Source: a virus (taxonomy: Duplodnaviria; Heunggongvirae; Uroviricota; Caudoviricetes). Taken from it: DNA of 14,720 nt. The translations under genes were made by a program, and so were the position numbers. Shown in pieces: positions 7,190-14,555 of this stretch (positions are counted from its first letter, which is position 1; each line of letters begins with the position of its first letter). The notes below the pieces were generated by a model. The model did not search any database. It saw nothing but the letters and a program-made list of their open reading frames with translations, and was not told where the DNA came from. The stretch lies in IMG/VR virus record IMGVR_UViG_2711768072_000014, one strand, 5' to 3'.

Positions 7190-8347
7190 ATGCAGAGAAT
7201 AATCGAATTACGCCAGCAGAAAACCGCCATTAAAAATCAGATGCGCGACATGCTGGAGAACGCTGAAAAAGAAAACCGCAGTCTTAACGATGCTGAGGGC
7301 GCAAAATTTGACGAATTACGCGCTAAAGCTGAATCCCTCGATAAAGACATTTCCCGCCTTGAAGCCATTGCAGACGAAGAGCGCAGCAAGCCAGGTAAAA
7401 GCAGCCAGACCACTGACCCCGCAGAACTACGCAGCTACATTCTGACAGGTGAAACCCGCGCATTAAGTACAGGCGTTCCCGCTGATGGTGGTTATACCGT
7501 TATCCCCGAACTGAACACCGAAATCATGCGAATGCTGGCGGATGAATCCACCATGCGCCGCATCTGTACCGTGAAGAAAATCAGCAGCAACGAGTTTAAG
7601 CAGCTTGTTTCCGCTGGCGGTGCGACCGTTAACCACGGTGAAGAGGGTAAGGCACGCGAACAGACCAGCACCCCGCAGATTAACGAGGTGAGCATTAAGC
7701 TGTATCCGGTCTATGCGTACCCGCGCACCACGCAGGAAATCGTGGATTTTTCCGATGTGGACATCCTTTCATGGCTGACGGGCGAGATTGGCGACACCTT
7801 CACGGAAACCGAAGAAAGCGATCTGGTTGTGGGCGACGGTGACAAAAAAGCAAAAGGTTTTTTATCCGTACCCCGTGCAGAGAAGAACGACAAAGAGCGT
7901 GATTTTGGTACGTTGCAGGTAATTAAACCTTCCGAATCTCTGGCGTGGACATCTGCGGACCCGCTGATCGACCTGAAATTTGCATTACGTAAAAAATACC
8001 GCAAAAACGCGGTCTGGGTGGTTAACTCCACGACGGCCGCAAAACTTCAGAAGGTGAAGAACGCGAACGGTGATTACATCTGGCGCGACCGTTTACAGGC
8101 GGGTGATCCTGATACGTTGCTGGGCCTTCCGGTCGAATATCTGGAGTTTATGCCTGATAACGTTATTGCCCTGGGTGACTTCAAACGCGGTTACTACATT
8201 GTTGATCACGAAACAGGTGTTCGCACCAGACCGGACAACCTCACAGAGCCGGGCTTCATCAAAATTTTCACGCAGAAATATTTAGGCGGTGGCGTGGTGG
8301 ATTCGAACGCGATCAAGATTCTGGAACTGCCACAGGACGACGATTAA
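7190..8347 (+). CDS. Major capsid protein, HK97 fold, with N-terminal coiled-coil scaffolding (delta-like) domain
   Basis: 385 aa. The first ~100 residues are charged and helical (ELRQQKTAIKNQMRDMLENAEKE...DKDISRLEAIADEE), as in HK97-type delta domains. The remainder has a typical HK97-family capsid composition. No separate scaffold gene is present. Followed by protease and portal. Confidence 0.88.
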   Translation: MQRIIELRQQKTAIKNQMRDMLENAEKENRSLNDAEGAKFDELRAKAESLDKDISRLEAIADEERSKPGKSSQTTDPAELRSYILTGETRALSTGVPADGGYTVIPELNTEIMRMLADESTMRRICTVKKISSNEFKQLVSAGGATVNHGEEGKAREQTSTPQINEVSIKLYPVYAYPRTTQEIVDFSDVDILSWLTGEIGDTFTETEESDLVVGDGDKKAKGFLSVPRAEKNDKERDFGTLQVIKPSESLAWTSADPLIDLKFALRKKYRKNAVWVVNSTTAAKLQKVKNANGDYIWRDRLQAGDPDTLLGLPVEYLEFMPDNVIALGDFKRGYYIVDHETGVRTRPDNLTEPGFIKIFTQKYLGGGVVDSNAIKILELPQDDD

Positions 8348-8357
8348 CAGCATACAG

Positions 8358-8386
8358 AAGGGGCTTAAAAGCCCCTTTAGTGTTTT
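8358..8386 (+). terminator. Terminator-like hairpin between capsid and protease genes (possible partial terminator setting capsid:protease stoichiometry)
   Basis: AAGGGGC (8358-8364) pairs with GCCCCTT (8371-8377) around a TTAAAA loop, followed by a T-rich tail TAGTGTTTT directly before ATG 8387. Confidence 0.4.
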
Positions 8387-8959
8387 ATGGGTGAAAAAAT
8401 TATGAAGAGTATGGAAATCCGGTCATCGGAAATCACTACCAGCGGAGCCGGTACGCTGACGGGCTACGTTGTTCGCTGGGATAAGCTTTCAGAACTGCTA
8501 TGGGGGGAGTTTTACGAAAAATTCCAGCGGGGGGCGTTTACTGAGTGGCTTGCGGCGGATAATGACGTTCGCGGCCTGTATGAGCATGACCACAGCATGT
8601 TACTGGGGCGCACCCGTTCCGGCACGCTGAAACTGGAAGAGGACGAAACAGGGTTACGCTTTGAACTGACCCCACCGGATACCAGTACAGGGCGCGACGT
8701 TATCGAACTGGTTAAACGAGGTGATATATCCGGCATGAGCTTTGGCTTTCGTTCCCGTAAGGATGTATGGGATACCACAACAGATCCATGCGTGCGCACC
8801 GTGCTGGTGGCGGAACTGTACGAAATTACCGTTACATCCGTACCGGCTTACCCTGATTCCGGCGTGGAGCTGGCCCGCCGCTCCCTGTACGAGCAGCACC
8901 CCGAAAAAATGCCGCGTGCGGATAATCGCCGCTGGTGGGCGGATTTAGCGGGGGTGTGA
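8387..8959 (+). CDS. Prohead maturation protease, HK97 family (S78-type)
   Basis: 190 aa. Motifs GYVVRWD, YEHDHS, GMSFGF and VPAYPDS parallel HK97 gp4-type prohead proteases (GYAAVFD, WAHD, GLSIGF, FPAN). Start may instead be ATG 8402 or 8411. Confidence 0.85.
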   Translation: MGEKIMKSMEIRSSEITTSGAGTLTGYVVRWDKLSELLWGEFYEKFQRGAFTEWLAADNDVRGLYEHDHSMLLGRTRSGTLKLEEDETGLRFELTPPDTSTGRDVIELVKRGDISGMSFGFRSRKDVWDTTTDPCVRTVLVAELYEITVTSVPAYPDSGVELARRSLYEQHPEKMPRADNRRWWADLAGV

Positions 8960-8960
8960 T

Positions 8961-10172
8961 ATGTGGCCTTTCAGAAGAAAAAAAGAGCAGCGCAGCATGA
9001 CGCTTGATGAGTTTATGGCGCTGGCCGGCACATCGAACACGGGGGCTGGTGAGTACGTATCATCGGGGACAGCGGAATCACTGCCCGCCGTCATGAACGC
9101 CGTCACGGTCATCTCTGAGGCGGTGGCTACCATGCCGTGTTACCTGTACCTGGTACGCAATGAGAAGGGGAAGGAGGCCCGAGAGTGGCTTGATTCTCAT
9201 CCGGTCGATCACATCCTCAACGAGCGCCCGAACGCATGGCAAACCCCCTACCAGTTTAAGCGAATGATGATCCGCCACTGCCTGTTAAACGGTAATGCTT
9301 ACGCGGTGATTCAGTGGGGGCGTGATGGTTTTCCGGCGGCTTTACATCCTTACCCGCCGCAGTCGGTGAACGTGGAGCAGACAGGTGAGCATAACTGGCG
9401 CTATTGCATCACTGACGCCTACACCGGAAACACCCGCAACTATTTACCGTGGGAGGTTCTCCACCTTCGTTACTCCACGGATGACGGTTTTATGGGGCGC
9501 TCACCTGTAACCATCTGCCGCGAATCGCTGGGGCTTGGGCTGGCCCAACAACGCCACGGCGCGAGCGTGATGCGTGATGGCATGATGGCGGCAGGGGTTA
9601 TCACGTCAGGCGAATGGCTGGACGGCGTGAAGGGCAAACAGGCATTAGCCGCACTGGAACGCTACAAAGGGGCCAGAAACGCCGGAAAAACGCCCATCCT
9701 TGAAGGGGGTATGAGCTATCAGCAGCTGGGCATGAGTAATCAGGATGCTGAATGGCTGGCCTCCCGTCGCTTCACCATTGAAGACATCGCCCGAATGTTC
9801 AACGTCTCGCCGATTTTTTTGCAGGAATACAGCAACAGCACCTACAGCAATTTCAGCGAGGCAAGCCGCGCATTTCTCACCATGACGATGCGCCCGTGGC
9901 TGGCGAACTTTGAGCAGCAGATAAAAAACGCCCTGCTGGTGGCCTCACCTGTACCTGGTATCCGGTATCAGGTGGAGTTTGACAGCGCGGACCTGTTACG
10001 GGCCACTCCTGGCGAACGCTTTGCCACCTATGAACGCGGCATCAAATCCGGCGTTATGTGCCCGAACGAAGCCCGCGAACGTGAAGGGCTGTCCCCGCGT
10101 GATGGTGGTGATGAGTTCAGCCAGGCATGGAAACAGGAAGTAAAAATCAGCGAGGGAGAAAAACCGGAATGA
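8961..10172 (+). CDS. Portal protein, HK97 family
   Basis: 403-aa ORF. ATG overlaps the protease stop; GGGGGT Shine-Dalgarno. Size, position between protease and adaptor, and composition fit HK97-type portals. Confidence 0.85.
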   Translation: MWPFRRKKEQRSMTLDEFMALAGTSNTGAGEYVSSGTAESLPAVMNAVTVISEAVATMPCYLYLVRNEKGKEAREWLDSHPVDHILNERPNAWQTPYQFKRMMIRHCLLNGNAYAVIQWGRDGFPAALHPYPPQSVNVEQTGEHNWRYCITDAYTGNTRNYLPWEVLHLRYSTDDGFMGRSPVTICRESLGLGLAQQRHGASVMRDGMMAAGVITSGEWLDGVKGKQALAALERYKGARNAGKTPILEGGMSYQQLGMSNQDAEWLASRRFTIEDIARMFNVSPIFLQEYSNSTYSNFSEASRAFLTMTMRPWLANFEQQIKNALLVASPVPGIRYQVEFDSADLLRATPGERFATYERGIKSGVMCPNEAREREGLSPRDGGDEFSQAWKQEVKISEGEKPE

Positions 10173-10507
10173 ACATAGGGCGACTGCGTGACAGGGTAAC
10201 GATTCAGACCCTGAAACAGACCAGGGATATAACCGGCGAAATACTCGAAACGTGGGTGGACGGTCACACACTCTGGGCAAGCGTGAACATGATCAGCAGC
10301 AAGGAGGCCATTTCATCGGGTGCAGAACTGGCGACTGGAACGGTAAGGATATGGATACGCTACAGGAAGGACATCAACGCCACCAGCCGGATAAAGGTCA
10401 ATACGGGGCCGCTGGCGGGGCGTGTACTGAATATCATCGGGCAGCCGCTGCCGGATGCCGCCAGGACACGCCTTGAAATTCTTTGTCGTGAGGGCGCGGA
10501 AAAATGA
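10169..10507 (+). CDS. Head closure / head-tail joining protein
   Basis: 112 aa from ATG 10169, which overlaps the portal stop (ATGA). N-terminal RLRDRVTIQ...W..VWASV pattern is typical of phage head-tail joining proteins. The track ORF starts at 10127 inside the portal gene. Confidence 0.7.
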   Translation: MNIGRLRDRVTIQTLKQTRDITGEILETWVDGHTLWASVNMISSKEAISSGAELATGTVRIWIRYRKDINATSRIKVNTGPLAGRVLNIIGQPLPDAARTRLEILCREGAEK

Positions 10508-10800
10508 CAGAAGAACTTATCACCCTGGAAGAAGTGAAACTCCATTGCCGCATCGATGGCGACGAGGAAGACCAGTTAATCAGCGGATACATCGCCGCAT
10601 CGCTTGAGGCGTGCCAGATACACATAGGCAGGCGCTTTGATGACGGGCTGGAGTTCACGCCAGCCATAAAGATTGGCTGCATGATGTTTATCGCTCACCT
10701 GTATGAAAATCGCCAGATTGTCGCGGATAACGCAAAAACACGCGTACCCATGACGATTGGTGCACTCTGGACGGCTTACCGTGATGTGGGGGTGTACTGA
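10504..10800 (+). CDS. Head-tail connector protein, gp6-like
   Basis: 98 aa. N-terminal LITLEEVKLHCRIDGDEEDQLISGYIAAS resembles gp6-like connector proteins (L.LEE.K.HLRID...D.LI). ATG overlaps the upstream stop. Confidence 0.7.
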   Translation: MTEELITLEEVKLHCRIDGDEEDQLISGYIAASLEACQIHIGRRFDDGLEFTPAIKIGCMMFIAHLYENRQIVADNAKTRVPMTIGALWTAYRDVGVY

Positions 10801-11240
10801 TGCCGTGGCAACCATTAAGACGATGCACAGAACCAGGCTGTAACAGGCGCGTGAAGTCCGGCAAGTGTGAGGAGCACAGGCGGGCGGCATGGCGTGCAGA
10901 GGATGCCAGACGAGGACACCGCCGCGCGCGTGGGTACTCCAGACAGTGGGACAAATACCGCGCCATGTATCTGAGTAAAAACCCGTTATGCGTGCGATGC
11001 CTTGAGAAGGGGATATATACGCCCGCCGTGGTGGTGGATCACATTATCCCGATTAATGGCGGTGATGATGTTCTCTTCTGGCCCGAATGGAACCATCAGC
11101 CATTGTGCCAGGCGTGCCATAACCAGAAAACGAAATGGCTTGATCCGGCAACAAAAAGCAAGCGTGCCGCAGGTGGATTTCGTGAAGAGGAAGAACGGGC
11201 CGCTAACCGCAATAACTGGATGTATGACGCTGATGAATGA
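10800..11240 (+). CDS. HNH endonuclease (packaging-associated)
   Basis: 146 aa. CxxC...CxxC zinc-binding cysteines and VDHIIPINGG...NHQPLCQACHNQKT match the HNH motif (DH..P....N.Q.LC..CH..K). Located immediately upstream of terS as in HK97-like cos phages. Confidence 0.9.
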   Translation: MPWQPLRRCTEPGCNRRVKSGKCEEHRRAAWRAEDARRGHRRARGYSRQWDKYRAMYLSKNPLCVRCLEKGIYTPAVVVDHIIPINGGDDVLFWPEWNHQPLCQACHNQKTKWLDPATKSKRAAGGFREEEERAANRNNWMYDADE

Positions 11241-11406
11241 GCGGGAACAAAACCGCCTTATCCGTGGACTTATAAGGCAGCGTGACGCATGGAAGACACA
11301 GGAAACAGGGCATAAAGATAAAGCGTCAGGACGCGCAGAACGCATCACAGCGAAGCGATTAACCGACCGTGACTGCGAGGTTATGGAATGTTTCCGCAAT
11401 CGCTGA

Positions 11407-11529
11407 TGAGGCTGTATGACGGGGTGGGGGGCGTTTTCAGGACAAACCCGACCCCGCCGGGCACCGACCGCCTCCTCAAATTTTTATGCACGGGAATTTT
11501 TTGAAAAATAATCTGGCGAAAAAATAAGC
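11407..11529. other. Candidate cos / packaging-recognition region between HNH and terS
   Basis: 123-bp intergenic region with G/C-rich runs (GGGGTGGGGGGCG at 11421-11433; CCCGACCCCGCCGGGCACCGACCGCC at 11447-11472) followed by an AT-rich stretch. This is the position where HK97-like cos phages carry cos. Confidence 0.35.
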
Positions 11530-11886
11530 ATGGCAAGACCACCGAAAGCCCCCGCCTACCTGGATGATATCGCCGTGAAGCAGTGGCGGGAAAAATCGCG
11601 GCAGCTTGCGGAACGGGGAGACCTTACCCCCGCCGACTGGAGTAATCTGGAACTGTATTGTGTCAACTACTCCATTTACCGGAAAGCCGTTGCAGACCTT
11701 GCGGCGCGCGGGTTCAGCATTGTTAACAGTCAGGGCGGCGAGAGCAGAAACCCCGCATTAAGCGCAAAATCCGACGCTGAAAGAGTGATGATAAAAATGG
11801 CCTCTTTGCTCGGTTTTGACCCGATAAGCCGCCGTAAAAATCCACCGGAAACAGAAGAAGAGGACGAGCTTGACCGCCTGGAATAA
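11530..11886 (+). CDS. terS: Terminase small subunit, P27 family
   Basis: 118 aa. Pattern W...LAERGDLTPADWSNLELYCVNYSIYRKA...LGFDPISRRK is typical of P27-family small terminases. Directly precedes and overlaps the large terminase. Confidence 0.85.
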   Translation: MARPPKAPAYLDDIAVKQWREKSRQLAERGDLTPADWSNLELYCVNYSIYRKAVADLAARGFSIVNSQGGESRNPALSAKSDAERVMIKMASLLGFDPISRRKNPPETEEEDELDRLE

Positions 11887-13531
11887 GTACGCAGAAGACG
11901 TAAAAACGGGCAAAATTCCGGCCTGTAAACGGCTGAAACAGGCCGTTAAACGGTACTTTTCGGACCTTGAAAGCCCCCTTTACACGTTCGATCGTGAGGT
12001 TGTGGAGCGGTTTATTGCCTTTTCCAGGGTGTGCCCGCACGTAAAAGGCGCAATGCGCGGTAGCCCCATTGAGCTGGAGCCGTGGCAGCAGTTCGCCTTT
12101 GCGTGCATCCTCGGCTTTAAGGTTAAGGCCACCGGACGGCGCAAATACACGAGCGCCTTTATCGAAGTGCCGCGCAAAAATGCGAAATCCACGACCGCCG
12201 CGATTCTGGCTAACTGGTTTTTGATTATGGAGAACGGTCAGCAGGATATCTACACCGCAGCGGTGAGCCGTGACCAGGCGCGGATCGTCTTTGATGATGC
12301 GCGTCAGATGTGCCTTTTATCCCGACCGTTACGCAGGCGGGTGAATATTCAGGCGCATAAGGTGATACACCCGAAAAGCAACAGCCTGTTAAAGCCGCTG
12401 GCAGCAAAAGCGGCAACCATTGAAGGTACAAACCCGAGTCTTGCCATTGTGGATGAATATCACCTGCACCCTGACAACGGGGTTTATTCCGCGCTTGAAC
12501 TGGGAATGGGGGCGCGTCCGGAGGGGCTGTTATTTGCCATCACCACATCGGGGAGCAACGTTGTTTCAGCCTGTAAACAACACTACGACTATTGCTGCCA
12601 GATACTGGATGGTGAAGAGGTGAACGAATCCATGTTCGTGCTGATTTACGAGCTGGATGATGAAAGCGAGGTTGACGATCCGGCGATGTGGATAAAGGCG
12701 AATCCCAATATCGATGTTTCCGTCGATCGTGAAAAACTGGCCTCAACCATCCAGAAAGCGCGGGGAATACCGTCGCAGTGGGTGGAGATGATGACAAAGC
12801 GATTTAATATCTGGTGCCAGGGGGCTACCCCGTGGATGGGTAACGGCGCATGGGCTGAGTGTGCCGGAACGTTCACGGAGGAAGATTTACACGGCCAGGA
12901 GTGTTACGCGGGGCTGGATTTATCATCAACCAGCGATATTTCCAGCGTATGCTATGCCTTTCCGGTCGGTAAAACCATTATGCTGATTTCCCGTCATTAT
13001 CTGCCGGAGTTCCAGCTACAGAACCCCGCCAATAAAAACCGCGCTGTCTATCGTCAGTGGGCTAAAGCGGGCTGGATACGCACAACGCCTGGCGACTGCA
13101 TTGATTACGACCGGATCAGAGATGACATCATGCAGGACGCGGAGAAATTTCATATCAGGCTGGTGGGCTTTGATACGTGGAACGCCACGCATCTCAGAAC
13201 GCAATTACAGGGGGCAGGTTTTGAGGTGGAGCCGTTCCCGCAAACCTACCTCAGATTCAGTCCGGCGGCGAAATCGTTCGAAGTTTTTGTTAACCGCAGG
13301 GTGATTGTGCATCGTGGCGATCCGGTGTTGTCCTGGTCGATGAGTAACGTCGTGATGCAGAGTGACGCGAACGCCAATATCAAGCCGAACAAGAAAAAAT
13401 CACCGAACAAGATAGACCCGAGCGTAGCGGCGCTGATGGCGTTTGGTACATTCCAGGCAGAGCATGAGGATTTTGCTTTTGATATAAGCGACAGCCACCG
13501 CCAGAAACTGGAAGAATTTAGCGGGGTGTAA
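11870..13531 (+). CDS. terL: Terminase large subunit (ATPase plus nuclease domains)
   Basis: 553 aa. Walker A-like VPRKNAKSTTAA in the N-terminal ATPase region, acidic motifs (IVDEYH) and a C-terminal nuclease-like region. TTG start at 11870 preceded by GAGGA, overlapping terS. Confidence 0.9.
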   Translation: MTAWNKYAEDVKTGKIPACKRLKQAVKRYFSDLESPLYTFDREVVERFIAFSRVCPHVKGAMRGSPIELEPWQQFAFACILGFKVKATGRRKYTSAFIEVPRKNAKSTTAAILANWFLIMENGQQDIYTAAVSRDQARIVFDDARQMCLLSRPLRRRVNIQAHKVIHPKSNSLLKPLAAKAATIEGTNPSLAIVDEYHLHPDNGVYSALELGMGARPEGLLFAITTSGSNVVSACKQHYDYCCQILDGEEVNESMFVLIYELDDESEVDDPAMWIKANPNIDVSVDREKLASTIQKARGIPSQWVEMMTKRFNIWCQGATPWMGNGAWAECAGTFTEEDLHGQECYAGLDLSSTSDISSVCYAFPVGKTIMLISRHYLPEFQLQNPANKNRAVYRQWAKAGWIRTTPGDCIDYDRIRDDIMQDAEKFHIRLVGFDTWNATHLRTQLQGAGFEVEPFPQTYLRFSPAAKSFEVFVNRRVIVHRGDPVLSWSMSNVVMQSDANANIKPNKKKSPNKIDPSVAALMAFGTFQAEHEDFAFDISDSHRQKLEEFSGV

Positions 13532-13544
13532 TGAGGTCAGCAGC

Positions 13545-13826
13545 ATGACAGAAGCCGAAATACTGCGATTAATCCGCCGCGTCTCTGGAATCAGCCAGCA
13601 GCATGACGAACAGGCCACGCAGCCGGACAGCGTGACCGCCGAAAATTATGCGCGTGTTGTTGCTGAGGTGATGCGCCGTGATGGTATCCAGCTTAATGAT
13701 GTGGATATGCGCAACATACGGATCCGCGTTCTTGAAATGCTGGCCTACCGTCGCCGCGTGCAGACGTACAGGGAAAAAGCAAAAATTACGTACCACTGGA
13801 AGAAGCCGGAGCGGTTACGGCGGTAA
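13545..13826 (+). CDS. Hypothetical protein (93 aa), last gene before the noncoding right end
   Basis: ORF in the track. GAGG 9 nt upstream of ATG. No recognisable motif. Confidence 0.5.
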   Translation: MTEAEILRLIRRVSGISQQHDEQATQPDSVTAENYARVVAEVMRRDGIQLNDVDMRNIRIRVLEMLAYRRRVQTYREKAKITYHWKKPERLRR

Positions 13827-13831
13827 CTGGT

Positions 13832-13859
13832 TGAACTTAAAGCAAAGCGCAAAATTGCG
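13832..13859. repeat. 28-bp perfect direct repeat, copy 1 (TGAACTTAAAGCAAAGCGCAAAATTGCG)
   Basis: Identical to 14051-14078; start-to-start distance 219 bp. Contains the internal inverted repeat GCGCAA..TTGCG. Confidence 0.9.
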
Positions 13860-13872
13860 TTGGCTGGTGGGT

Positions 13873-13892
13873 GAGTTGCAGATCTGCAACTC
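13873..13892. repeat. 20-bp perfect palindrome GAGTTGCAGATCTGCAACTC
   Basis: Sequence is its own reverse complement. Shares the TGCA-N4-TGCA core with the palindrome at 14101-14124. Confidence 0.9.
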
Positions 13893-14050
13893 GACCATGA
13901 AATTACGGAAAATACCCGTAGTTTGGGTAGTAAGAGTAACACCCAGATTTTGGGGCTTACTCGCGATACCCAAATAAAGGGTATCGGTGGAAGAAATATC
14001 GTTTCTCATATGTGAGTACCGAGGGCGGAATTCCGCCTTCGGTTACTCGC

Positions 14051-14078
14051 TGAACTTAAAGCAAAGCGCAAAATTGCG
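14051..14078. repeat. 28-bp perfect direct repeat, copy 2
   Basis: Identical to 13832-13859. Confidence 0.9.
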
Positions 14079-14100
14079 CTGATTACTGGTTGGAATTGTT

Positions 14101-14124
14101 CCAGAGTGCAAATTTGCACTCTGG
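14101..14124. repeat. 24-bp perfect palindrome CCAGAGTGCAAATTTGCACTCTGG
   Basis: Sequence is its own reverse complement. TGCA-N4-TGCA core as in 13873-13892. Confidence 0.9.
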
Positions 14125-14555
14125 CCTAACCCGTTGATATTTCCGGCAACCTCAATTTGAGGAGATCGGAAACATCACCCTTCAAATTCTGAATGGTCAT
14201 AATGACCACGCAGACCATCAAGGCAACCACAACGAACATCGTTACGGTTGGAGCTTTTACCCCACTGGGGAAAAGGTACGCACCTGAATCATCATTACCG
14301 TGATCAAGGGTATGTAAAGCCCACCAGCCTGATTAACGTTTAACCGGAAAAAAATTCCGGTAGGTGGGGATCCCCATATCGACATTAACGCCCCTCATGA
14401 ATTGGTGCGCTTCCCCCTGGAAAGATGACCCGCCTTTATATTTCTTGTGTCTATTTGTTCCACGTTGTTTCATACAGTGCACCGAACGGTGTAGTCACTG
14501 GTGTAGTCATTTTGCGATTTTTGGCACTTTTTGTGGTGCAAATTATTTAATTAAA

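Larger units (their letters stand above)
1..13860 (+). mobile_element. Integrated phage satellite of capsid-forming PICI type (integrase, AlpA, replication module, head and packaging module; no tail genes); right boundary approximate, left boundary outside window
   Basis: Contiguous same-strand modules: integrase 1-1218, AlpA 1593-1781, replication ATPase plus iterons 4052-5648, HK97-type head genes with HNH/TerS/TerL 7190-13531. No tail, baseplate or lysis gene anywhere in the window. Repeat-rich noncoding DNA begins at 13827. Confidence 0.7.

Noticed and set aside
7492-8285. ORFs antisense or out of frame within the major capsid gene
   Set aside because: Embedded in a confidently called capsid CDS.
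10127-10168. Upstream start for the head closure gene
   Set aside because: ATG 10127 lies inside the portal gene with no Shine-Dalgarno; ATG 10169 overlaps the portal stop, as is typical for coupled head genes.
11002-11406. 134-aa ORF overlapping the HNH gene in another frame
   Set aside because: Most of it lies inside the HNH CDS. Only the tail beyond 11233 is considered, as a low-confidence finding.
13832-14078. CRISPR array
   Set aside because: Only two repeat copies with a single 191-bp intervening segment; no repeat-spacer periodicity and no cas genes.
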